This document shows, one piece after another, positions 41,878 through 50,912 of a DNA stretch of 64,000 bases; position 1 is the first letter of the stretch, and each line of letters begins with the position of its first letter. The position numbers and the translations under genes were made by a program. This DNA comes from a bacterium (GTDB lineage: Bacteria > SM23-31), in contig OZ252239.1 of NCBI GenBank assembly GCA_965249485.1, positions 896,001 through 960,000 of the forward strand, read 5' to 3'. Under the pieces are notes generated by a model, which saw only the letters and a program-made list of their open reading frames with translations, was not told the DNA's origin and ran no database searches.

Positions 41878-43413
41878 TTACCATGGCAATGGCGCAACAC
41901 GAGGGAGTTTTTCATCCCGCATAGCTGCATGATATACAAAAGTTGCAAGAATTACCGTATTTGCCATGAGGTCTTCCGGCACAAGACGGTCATACACATC
42001 CATGTTGGAGTGGTATCGGCGGCCGTCCATTCTGTCCTGCAGGAAGTAAAAACCAGGAAGTCCTACCTCATCATATGCTTCATGTGCCGTTCCGGTCGAA
42101 AAGAGATGTCTCATTCCCAGGTTGTGAAGCGGCTTTATCCATTCAGTAAAGATCGACCGGATCAATTCATTACCCATAATGTTCAGACCCTTTATTCGTG
42201 CGGCGCCATTATCGACGTTAAAATATGCAGACACTTTATGATAATCTGGCTTATATTCCCGTTTTTCCAGGTCGGCAAAATTTTTCCGGACGTGACTCCG
42301 GTTGCCAAACAAACCCATTTCATGTCCACCCCAGAGTCCAATTCGTATCGTTCTCCGCGGTTTGATCCCGAGTGCCTTGAAGATACGAACTACTTCCATG
42401 GAAACAACGGTACCCGCGCCATCATCAGTTGCACCTGTCCCGACGGGCTCCGACTGAAGATGTCCGCCCACTACAACTATTTCATCTGCCAGGTCTGTTC
42501 CGGGGATCTCTGCAACAACATTATAATCATTCGGATCGTCTCTGGGGAAATCAACTTTAATTTCGACTTCCAATTCCACTGGGATCCCTTTTTCGAGAAT
42601 GCGTATAATTCTGTTATAATGTTCCGCCGCCATAATGATCTCTCTGATGGGTGGTGGAGCATCCGTATCCCACATCCGATTTGTCATGGCATATCCCCCA
42701 ACCGCTGTATCGACTGTGCCGAAGTCATTTTTTCCATCTGTTCGGGCAACCATATAGGCACCTGCTGCGAATAACATGTCGATTTTCTGCTCCTGCGACA
42801 GTCCGGCATTACGGCGTCTACGCTCGCGAACAACAGGAGGGCCGATCGGAGTTTTCGCCATCTCGTCCAATTCTTCTTCGGTATATGGTTGTGTCATCGG
42901 CTCAAAATGTGGTGTTATTATCTGTTTCGGCTGCATGAATACGATTTTATCCCGAATGGTGCCCCGGTATGTATCAAGGTCCGATTCAGTGTTAATATCA
43001 TCAAGATTAATATGGATTGCCTGTGCCTGCTTTTTTCCGTCTGTTCCGGCAGACCAGGCAGCAGGATACGCAATGATAGGCATGTACTGGGGGGCCATCA
43101 TGTGGATGGATGTGTATAAATTTTCCCAGCCTACACCAAATTCGAACGGTTCAAGCCGCACATTTGAGAGTCCATACTCTTCCAGTTTTCCTTTAGCCCA
43201 CTGAGCGGCTGCATTATAACCGGAAGATTTCGAGTTCCGGGGCCCATACACATCGGTTATCCAGCTGGCATTCTCCATCACTTCAGAGCGTTCAAACGCT
43301 TCGTCCATGATCTTATCAATGACATCCCAGTGAACCGGTTCTTGTGCAATAACAGTTGTAGTCAAGATAACTGTTAAAAACAACGCCACCATGGATCTGT
43401 AATATTTATTCAT
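41878..43413 (-). CDS. Secreted M28-fold (carboxypeptidase Q-like, PA insert) protein, variant active site; tandem copy 5
   Basis: Signal peptide; NVVAEIPGTD..DEIV..GGHLQS..GTGATDD; PRRTIRIGLWGGHEMG; YHSNMD. Confidence 0.85.
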   Translation of the reverse strand: MNKYYRSMVALFLTVILTTTVIAQEPVHWDVIDKIMDEAFERSEVMENASWITDVYGPRNSKSSGYNAAAQWAKGKLEEYGLSNVRLEPFEFGVGWENLYTSIHMMAPQYMPIIAYPAAWSAGTDGKKQAQAIHINLDDINTESDLDTYRGTIRDKIVFMQPKQIITPHFEPMTQPYTEEELDEMAKTPIGPPVVRERRRRNAGLSQEQKIDMLFAAGAYMVARTDGKNDFGTVDTAVGGYAMTNRMWDTDAPPPIREIIMAAEHYNRIIRILEKGIPVELEVEIKVDFPRDDPNDYNVVAEIPGTDLADEIVVVGGHLQSEPVGTGATDDGAGTVVSMEVVRIFKALGIKPRRTIRIGLWGGHEMGLFGNRSHVRKNFADLEKREYKPDYHKVSAYFNVDNGAARIKGLNIMGNELIRSIFTEWIKPLHNLGMRHLFSTGTAHEAYDEVGLPGFYFLQDRMDGRRYHSNMDVYDRLVPEDLMANTVILATFVYHAAMRDEKLPRVAPLPW

Positions 43414-43546
43414 TGTAGTCCTCTCCTCTAAATTTGAATATTATTATTACCAAAGTTTTTCAATTTCACAGATAATGTCTGTTCACAATATTCTCCACTA
43501 CTTTTATTGATTGCTTCAATAGTTGAATAGTCTTCATATGCTCTCA

Positions 43547-45148
43547 CTACCACGGTAATTGCGCTACTCTGGGGAGTTTTTCATCACGCATGGCTGTATG
43601 ATATACAAACGTTGCAATGATGGCAACATTTGTCATCGTGTTTTCCGGAAAAGTACGGTCTAACATGTCCATGTTTGTATGAGCATTCGTTTCCATATCT
43701 CTTCTGTCCTGATAAAAATAAAATCCCGGCAATCCGACTTCGGCATATGCTTCATGGTAACCGGGATTACCACCGATGGGCAATCCACCGGGAATCAGGT
43801 GTCTCATTCCCAGGCTATGTAACGGCTTCATCCATTCGGTAAATATTGACCGTATCTCTTCATTTCCCATGACAGATACAGCCCGTATCTTACCGGTACC
43901 ATGATCTGAATCAAAGTACGCTGAAAGATTGTGATAATCCTTTTTATATTCTTTGGTAGTCGGATCTGCAAAGTTTTTGCTGACATGACTTCGGTTACCT
44001 GCTAATCCTGCACCATCATGTCCACCCCAGAGGCCCATCCGAACAGTCCGCCGTGGTTGAAGCCCTAATTTTTTGAAGATGCGTGCAACCTCCATTGCAG
44101 TAGCTGCACCGACAGCGTTATCAGTCGCGCCGGTACCCACAGGTACAGATTGAAGATGACCGCCAAAAACAACTAATTCATGCGCCAAATCGGTGCCAGG
44201 AATCTCGGCAATAACACTATGGTCATTCGGATCACCTCTGAAAAAGTTTGTTCTGATTTCGATTACCATTTCGACAGGAATGCCTTTTTCCAGTATTCGT
44301 ACAACCCGGTTATATTGTTCCACTGCCAAAACAAGCTCTGTGGGTTGGGTAGGTGCATCCCCTTCCCAAAGCCGTGCAATTCTATTGTATCTACCGATAG
44401 CGACAGTTCCGAAATCGTGCTGTCTATCCGGGTGTGCAATAGCAGTAGCACCTTCGGTAATTACAAAATCGATAATTTGTTGGATCGTCAGTTTGTCTTC
44501 ACTGGTATCAGGTCTCGTCCGATTTTGTCTTTGTAATTCAATATCCAATACAGACATTTCCGGAGTAATGGGAATTTTCGCTATTTCATCGAGCTGCTCT
44601 TCAGTGAATATTGTAGCTATTGGTTCAAAATGGGGTGAGAGTTTCTGTTCTGGCCTGATAAATATAATGGTGTTCTTTAATGTTCCTCGGTATTGTTCCA
44701 AATCTGTTTCAGAAATAAGTTCGTCAAAGTTAATATACATGGCATTGGCCCGGATTTTTCCATCTGTTCCGGACGACCACGGCGCAGGATAGGCGATAAG
44801 CGGCATATATTGGGGAGCCATCATGTGTACTGAGGTATAACCAATATTCCAACCGGCACCGAATTCGTACGGCTCAAGTCTGGCATTCGTGAGGCCATTC
44901 TCTTTGAGCCGGTCTCGAGCCCATTCTGCAGCTGCACGGTATGAAGGCGTCTTCACATTCCGAGGCCCGAATACATCAGCCAGCCAACTGGCATTTTCCA
45001 TAACCTGAGAATTATTAAAAGCTTCTTCCATTATTTTATCTACAACATCCCAGTAGACCGGTTCCTGTGCTAATGCTGATGACATTAAAAGAACTGTTAA
45101 CAACATTACGACGATGTTGTGATAGAGAATGCGCATTATATTCCTCAT
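43547..45148 (-). CDS. Secreted M28-fold protein, variant active site; tandem copy 4
   Basis: GGHLQSVPVGTGATDN; LWGGHDGAG; AHTNMD. Confidence 0.85.
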   Translation of the reverse strand: MRNIMRILYHNIVVMLLTVLLMSSALAQEPVYWDVVDKIMEEAFNNSQVMENASWLADVFGPRNVKTPSYRAAAEWARDRLKENGLTNARLEPYEFGAGWNIGYTSVHMMAPQYMPLIAYPAPWSSGTDGKIRANAMYINFDELISETDLEQYRGTLKNTIIFIRPEQKLSPHFEPIATIFTEEQLDEIAKIPITPEMSVLDIELQRQNRTRPDTSEDKLTIQQIIDFVITEGATAIAHPDRQHDFGTVAIGRYNRIARLWEGDAPTQPTELVLAVEQYNRVVRILEKGIPVEMVIEIRTNFFRGDPNDHSVIAEIPGTDLAHELVVFGGHLQSVPVGTGATDNAVGAATAMEVARIFKKLGLQPRRTVRMGLWGGHDGAGLAGNRSHVSKNFADPTTKEYKKDYHNLSAYFDSDHGTGKIRAVSVMGNEEIRSIFTEWMKPLHSLGMRHLIPGGLPIGGNPGYHEAYAEVGLPGFYFYQDRRDMETNAHTNMDMLDRTFPENTMTNVAIIATFVYHTAMRDEKLPRVAQLPW

Positions 45149-45169
45149 ATTTTATGTTGAAATGTCACC

Positions 45170-46720
45170 TTACCATGGCAGTGGTGCAACTCTGGGGAGT
45201 TTTTCATCACGCATTGCCGTATGATACACAAATGATGCTAAAACAACCGAAGCTTGCATTAGGCCTTCAGGAACAAGCCTCTCATATGTATCCATATTAC
45301 TATGGGAATTCATGTCGTCGATCTCTTTTCTGTCATGGTCAAAATAAAAGCTCAGCAAACCAACTTCCCTGTATGCTTCATGCTCCATACTGGTAGTATA
45401 CAAATGTGTCATACCCAAGTTTTTCAACGGCTTTATCCATTCGGATAATATTGATCTGAGTACTTCATTACCCATAACGGAGATTCCCCGTATTCTGCCG
45501 GTTCCTATATCAATATTGTAATATGCGGAGAGGTTATCATAATCCTTTTTGTATTCTTTCGTTACCGGATCAGCAAAGTTTTCCCGAACATGAGCCCGGT
45601 TGCCGATCGTACCCATTTCGTGTCCGCCCCAGAATCCCATCCGGATCGTTCGCCTGGGCTTGATTCCAATCGCCATAAGAGTTCGTGCTGCTTCCAGTGT
45701 AGCCAAGACACCCGCACCATTATCAATGGCACCGGTCCCGGCTGGATTCGCCTGAAGATGCCCGCCAAAAAGGACTATTTCATCCGCCAGGTCGAAACCG
45801 GGAATCTCAGCAATGACATTATAGTCATATGGCCCCTCTCTATTAAAAGAGACACGCACTTCCACTTCAATTTCAACCGGAATACCTTTTTCCAGAATTC
45901 GCATTATCCTGTTGTAATGTTCAGCGATCATTATTAGCTCTGTGGGATTTGGTTGCGCTCCCTGATCCCAGGGTCGTGTTTCCATCGTATATCGTGAATT
46001 CTCAACTCTGACAGATCCATAACTGCTTTGCCCATCTGTACGAATGATTGCCACTGCACCTTCACCAAACACAAAGTCGATAATTTGCTGTCTCGATAGT
46101 CCATCGCCTTCCGACCTGCGGCCGCGGCGCTCTTGCGTGACGGGAGCGCCAATAAGGATTTTCGACCTTTCATCAAGCTCCTCATCGGATATTCTCTCAA
46201 TAAGCGGCGTAAACCTGTGTGTGATCTCCTGTTTTGGCATAGTGAATATGATAGCATTGTGCAGATTACCGCGGTACTGCTCGAGATCAGATTCTGAAGC
46301 GATCTCATCGAAATTGACATAAACGACCGGGCCCCGGACTTTTCCATTGGTACCTTTGGACCATAATGCGGGATAGGCAACGATTTGCATGTACCGTGGA
46401 GACATCATGTGGACCGAAGTGTATGTATTATCCCAGCCAACGCCAAATTCATACGGTTCCAAATGTGCGTTTGGCACACCATACTCATCCAATTTTTTCT
46501 TCACCCATTCAGCCGCCGCATAATAACCCGGCGTTTTTGCACCCCGCGGACCAAAGACGTCGGTCAGCCAGCTGGCATTCTCCATGACTTCGTTATTTGT
46601 AAACGATTCATCCATGATTTTCTGCACAACATCATAGTGTACTTTTTCCTGTGCATCAGCGGAGACTGCTGCAGTAAGCAATATAATTAATCCAGCTACG
46701 TATATACATTGAGCTTTCAT
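45170..46720 (-). CDS. Secreted M28-fold protein, variant active site; tandem copy 3
   Basis: Start MKAQ after SD AGGAGGT; GGHLQANPAGTGAIDN; FWGGHEMG; SHSNMD. Confidence 0.85.
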   Translation of the reverse strand: MKAQCIYVAGLIILLTAAVSADAQEKVHYDVVQKIMDESFTNNEVMENASWLTDVFGPRGAKTPGYYAAAEWVKKKLDEYGVPNAHLEPYEFGVGWDNTYTSVHMMSPRYMQIVAYPALWSKGTNGKVRGPVVYVNFDEIASESDLEQYRGNLHNAIIFTMPKQEITHRFTPLIERISDEELDERSKILIGAPVTQERRGRRSEGDGLSRQQIIDFVFGEGAVAIIRTDGQSSYGSVRVENSRYTMETRPWDQGAQPNPTELIMIAEHYNRIMRILEKGIPVEIEVEVRVSFNREGPYDYNVIAEIPGFDLADEIVLFGGHLQANPAGTGAIDNGAGVLATLEAARTLMAIGIKPRRTIRMGFWGGHEMGTIGNRAHVRENFADPVTKEYKKDYDNLSAYYNIDIGTGRIRGISVMGNEVLRSILSEWIKPLKNLGMTHLYTTSMEHEAYREVGLLSFYFDHDRKEIDDMNSHSNMDTYERLVPEGLMQASVVLASFVYHTAMRDEKLPRVAPLPW

Positions 46721-46760
46721 AGTACTGTATACCTCCTGCTCTATAATCAAATAAAATTTC

Positions 46761-48323
46761 TTATCGCATCGGCATAGGCGCAATGCGGGGGAGCATTTCA
46801 TCACGCATTGCGGCATGATATGCAAGACTCGCCATGACAACTGCTGACTGCATCATATCTTCCGGTATAAGGCGGTCATATACATCCATGTTGGTATGAG
46901 CATTTCTGTTATCTAAATTAAATAATTCCTGCAGAAAGGAAAATCCCGGCAGACCGACTACTGAAAATCTCCGGTCTTCCGAGCCAACTACTTCCGGTAT
47001 AAGATGGGTCATTCCGAGACGATGCAGCGGTTTCAGCCATTCGGTGAAGATCGGACGCACCTGTTCATTTCCCTGAAGGAATATCCCACGAAACCTGCCG
47101 GTTCCGTGATCGGTGTTAAAGTAAACGGATAATTTAGCATGTTCCGGTTTATATATTTGTGTTTCCGGATCACCGAAGTGGGTGAGCACATAATTGCGGG
47201 AACCGAAATTGCCCATCTCATGTGCACCCCAGAGCCCGATGCGAATAGTACGCCGGGGCTCCACTCCGATTGCTTTGAGAATTCGCAATGCTTCCATACA
47301 AACTGCAACACCGGCGACATCATCAATTGCGCCGGAACCTGCAGGATCAGCCTGAAGATGTGCCCCGAACATCACTACCTCATCAGCCAGGTCAGTCCCC
47401 GGAAGCTCTGCAACGACATTGTAATCGGTAAGGTCGTTATCAATAAAATTTACACGTATTTCAACCTCCATTTCAACAGGAATTCCTTTTTCCATTATTC
47501 TGAGTATCCGGTTATAATGCTCTGCAAGTACAACCAATTCAGTTATAGGAGGAAGAGAATCCTTTTCCCATAAACGATTTTCAAGGGCATACCCTTCGAT
47601 TCCGACATCGACAACACCATATCCATTTGTCTGGCCATCATGATGTGCAATCGCCAATGCACCTTCTTCAAACACAAAAGCGATTTTCTCATTGTCTGTC
47701 AGTCTGTTATCGTCACTTCTTAACCTTCTCCGTTCACCGGAATCACTGGGACCGATAGTGATTTTTGCCATTTCATCAAGCTGTTCTTCTGTAAATCTGT
47801 CTGCTATGTGATCAAAATGGGGTGGCACACTCAATTCCGGCAACGTAAATACGATTTTATTTCTCAGTTTTCCCCGGTATGGGTTCAGATCAGCTTCGGT
47901 ATTGATTTCATCAAAGTTGACAAAAATTACCGATGCCCTGATTTTTCCATCTGTTCCGGCAGACCATGGAGCGGGATACGCTATCATCTGCATATACTGA
48001 GGTGACATCATGTGTACCGACGCGTACTCCTTCTCCCAGCCTATACCAAACTCAAACGGTTCAAGAGCAGCATTCGATAAGCCGTACTCTTCTAAACGCT
48101 CTTTAGTCCAACCAGCGGCCGCATGATATGATGATGAATTTGCGTTTCGTGGCCCAAAAACATCAGTCAGCCAGCTTGCAGTGTCCATAACATGCGAATT
48201 TTCGAAGCCTTCAGTTATAATCTTATCCACAGCATCCCAGTATAATTTTTCCTGTGGGAATGCGGAATGTGCAGTGAGAAAAAGCAATAATAATCCTGCA
48301 CTTACAATGCGTTGTAATTTCAT
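46761..48323 (-). CDS. Secreted M28-fold protein, variant active site; tandem copy 2
   Basis: GAHLQADPAGSGAIDD; LWGAHEMG; AHTNMD. Confidence 0.85.
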   Translation of the reverse strand: MKLQRIVSAGLLLLFLTAHSAFPQEKLYWDAVDKIITEGFENSHVMDTASWLTDVFGPRNANSSSYHAAAGWTKERLEEYGLSNAALEPFEFGIGWEKEYASVHMMSPQYMQMIAYPAPWSAGTDGKIRASVIFVNFDEINTEADLNPYRGKLRNKIVFTLPELSVPPHFDHIADRFTEEQLDEMAKITIGPSDSGERRRLRSDDNRLTDNEKIAFVFEEGALAIAHHDGQTNGYGVVDVGIEGYALENRLWEKDSLPPITELVVLAEHYNRILRIMEKGIPVEMEVEIRVNFIDNDLTDYNVVAELPGTDLADEVVMFGAHLQADPAGSGAIDDVAGVAVCMEALRILKAIGVEPRRTIRIGLWGAHEMGNFGSRNYVLTHFGDPETQIYKPEHAKLSVYFNTDHGTGRFRGIFLQGNEQVRPIFTEWLKPLHRLGMTHLIPEVVGSEDRRFSVVGLPGFSFLQELFNLDNRNAHTNMDVYDRLIPEDMMQSAVVMASLAYHAAMRDEMLPRIAPMPMR

Positions 48324-48356
48324 TGTACGCCCCTATAAATTATTTGATATAATATA

Positions 48357-49898
48357 TTACCAGGGTTTTGGTGCGAACCGGGGAAGTCTTTCATCACGCA
48401 TGGCAGCATGATATGCAAACGTCGCAATCATGACAGCATTTGCAATAAGATCTTCCTCAACGAGACGGTCATAAGAATCCATATTGGAATGGTATTGGCG
48501 GCTATCCATTCTGTCCTGTATAAAATAGTAACTCGGCAGGCCAACTGCATCATATGCTTCATGGACCATTCCATACGGGATAAGATGAGTCATGCCGAGA
48601 TTATGGAGCGGTTTCATCCATTCTGTAAATATGGCACGAAGTTGTGCATTACCCTGGATAGGAACACCACGTATCCTGCCACTGCCATGGTCGATATTAA
48701 AATATGCGGACAGGTTATCATAATCTTTTTTATATTCCTTTGTTTCCGGATCGGCAAAGTATTTCCGGACATGAGCCCGGTTTCCGAATACACCCATTTC
48801 ATGCCCACCAAAGAGAGCTATCCGGATAGTCCGGCGGGGTTGGATTCCGAGCGCTTTGAGAATACGTACAGCTTCCATGCAGACAACAACACCGGCAGCA
48901 TCATCGGCTGCGCCGCCCCCTGCTGGATTTGCCTGGAGATGCCCGCCCAAGAGGACAATTTCCTCTGCAAGGTCAGTACCTGGAATTTCGGCAACTACAT
49001 TGTAATCTGTCAGGTCATCACGGTTAAATGAGACGTTAAGCTCAACCTCCAACTCAACAGGGATATCCTTTTCCAGAATACGCATGATCCGGTTATACTG
49101 TTCAGTTGACATAACCAGTTCGGTAGGAGGGGAGGGAGCATCCACTTCCCACAGCCTGTTATCCAATGTATAACGATTGTTCTCGACAGCGACAGTCCCA
49201 AAATCATTTCTACCGTCCGTTCGTACAATAGCTGCCGCGTCTTCGCCAAATACAAAATCGAGGATTTTCTGCTTTGAAAGCCTTTCCGGACGAGAACTCC
49301 TTCTTCGCTCCTCTGTAACCCGGGGACCGATAGGAATTTTCGCCATCTCATCAAGCTGTTCTTTGGTATAGCGTGTTGCGGTTGGATCAAAATGAGGTGT
49401 TAATGTTCGTATAGGTTCAGTTAAGACAACCGCATTGCGAAGTTTTCCGCGGTACGGCCGAAGGTCTGCTTCCGAAGTAATTTCTCCAAAATTAATGTAA
49501 ACTGCCTGCCCTCTGACTTTGCCGTTGGTTCCCGCCGACCATGTCGCGGGATATGCAATAATCGGCATGTACTGGGGAGACATCATATGGACCGAAATAT
49601 ATTCATTCACGTAGCCGACCCCGAATTCATACGGTTCCAACTCAGCATTCGATAACCCATATTCCTGTAGTCGCTCTTTCACCCATTCAGCCGACGCAAT
49701 GTATCCGGGAGATTTTGCATTCCTCGGTGCAAATACATCCACAATCCAACTTGCATTCTCCATGACATCGGAGTTTGTGAAAGCTTCATCCATGATCTTG
49801 TCGACAATATCCCAGTGGACAGGTTCCTGTGCATGAATAGGAAATACTGACGTAAGCAGCAGCAATAACATCCCGGTACAAATACATTTTGATTTCAT
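48357..49898 (-). CDS. Secreted M28-fold protein, variant active site; tandem copy 1
   Basis: Start MKSK after SD AGGAGG; GGHLQANPAGGGAADD; LFGGHEMG; YHSNMD. Confidence 0.85.
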   Translation of the reverse strand: MKSKCICTGMLLLLLTSVFPIHAQEPVHWDIVDKIMDEAFTNSDVMENASWIVDVFAPRNAKSPGYIASAEWVKERLQEYGLSNAELEPYEFGVGYVNEYISVHMMSPQYMPIIAYPATWSAGTNGKVRGQAVYINFGEITSEADLRPYRGKLRNAVVLTEPIRTLTPHFDPTATRYTKEQLDEMAKIPIGPRVTEERRRSSRPERLSKQKILDFVFGEDAAAIVRTDGRNDFGTVAVENNRYTLDNRLWEVDAPSPPTELVMSTEQYNRIMRILEKDIPVELEVELNVSFNRDDLTDYNVVAEIPGTDLAEEIVLLGGHLQANPAGGGAADDAAGVVVCMEAVRILKALGIQPRRTIRIALFGGHEMGVFGNRAHVRKYFADPETKEYKKDYDNLSAYFNIDHGSGRIRGVPIQGNAQLRAIFTEWMKPLHNLGMTHLIPYGMVHEAYDAVGLPSYYFIQDRMDSRQYHSNMDSYDRLVEEDLIANAVMIATFAYHAAMRDERLPRFAPKPW

Positions 49899-50302
49899 AG
49901 AAAATCCCTCCTGCAACAATGAATATGTTCAATTAATTTCGGACACCACATGTTTAATAGTACCTATTGAATATTGATTTTACAAGTGTTTTTTATTCCA
50001 CTCTATGCTGATTCGCAAAATATGCAAATTCATAGTCATGAGGTTGATTAAAAAACCTCAAAGATGAGTGATTGAGGTTTTATATTCTACTTCATTTTCA
50101 ATTTATACAGATTGTTATTCTCACTAAATTTTTGTATATTACTTCAATAGTTTTTGAAACGTTGTTCAACAGCAGTCAAAGACGAATCCTGGAGTAGGAT
50201 ACTGTTCGCCGGAACATGATCCTGATCCGGGTTTTTGTATTTTGTCTGCATTTTTTATTGGATGTTGTCATGGGAACATCATAGTTTTTTTCGTGGATAG
50301 CC

Positions 50303-50860
50303 GTGCCGTTGATGATCATTGTTGCACGAATTCTCGACGTGTCAATTGGTACGCTGCGTATCATATATTTAGCACAGCGACGTAAAATAATAGTTCCGAT
50401 ACTCGGGTTTGTTGAAATATTAATTTGGCTTATAGTTATTGGTCAGGTCATGCAGAACCTGACGAATCCTGTCTACTATATTGCCTATGCTGTGGGATTT
50501 GCAATCGGCAATTACATTGGAATCAGTCTTGAGGAAATGCTCGCAATGGGTAATCTCATGGTCAGAGTCGTGACACGGACCGACGATACGCGATTGATAA
50601 CCTCACTCCGGAACCATAACTACAAGGTAACAGTTGTTGATGCAGAGGGACAGATGGGACCGGTAAAAATCCTCTTCACCATCATCCGTAGAAAAGACAA
50701 AGACGATGTCCTCAAATATGTCAAAGAATTCAATCCCAGGTCATTCTATACAATCGAAGAAGTGCAGAAAGCGCAGGAAGACGGTGTATCACGAAACAGT
50801 CTCCGTTCGAAACAGCGCTATTACCGCTGGACCTTCTTCCGCCACCGTAAGGGGAAATAG
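50303..50860 (+). CDS. DUF5698/DUF2179 membrane protein; the N-terminus probably extends upstream through an in-frame TAG
   Basis: ARILDVSIGTLR, GFVEILIW, YAVGFAIGNYIG, VTVVDAEG..G, FYTIEEV. Confidence 0.85.
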   Translation: MPLMIIVARILDVSIGTLRIIYLAQRRKIIVPILGFVEILIWLIVIGQVMQNLTNPVYYIAYAVGFAIGNYIGISLEEMLAMGNLMVRVVTRTDDTRLITSLRNHNYKVTVVDAEGQMGPVKILFTIIRRKDKDDVLKYVKEFNPRSFYTIEEVQKAQEDGVSRNSLRSKQRYYRWTFFRHRKGK

Positions 50861-50912
50861 GGATGGGTACCTTTCCTTAAATAGTCAGATTGTATTTAAA
50901 TTGAACTATAGG

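Noticed and set aside
41929..49031. Recurrent long plus-strand ORFs opposite the M28 genes
   Set aside because: They recur only because the sense genes are paralogous; variable lengths, no SD and no domain signatures
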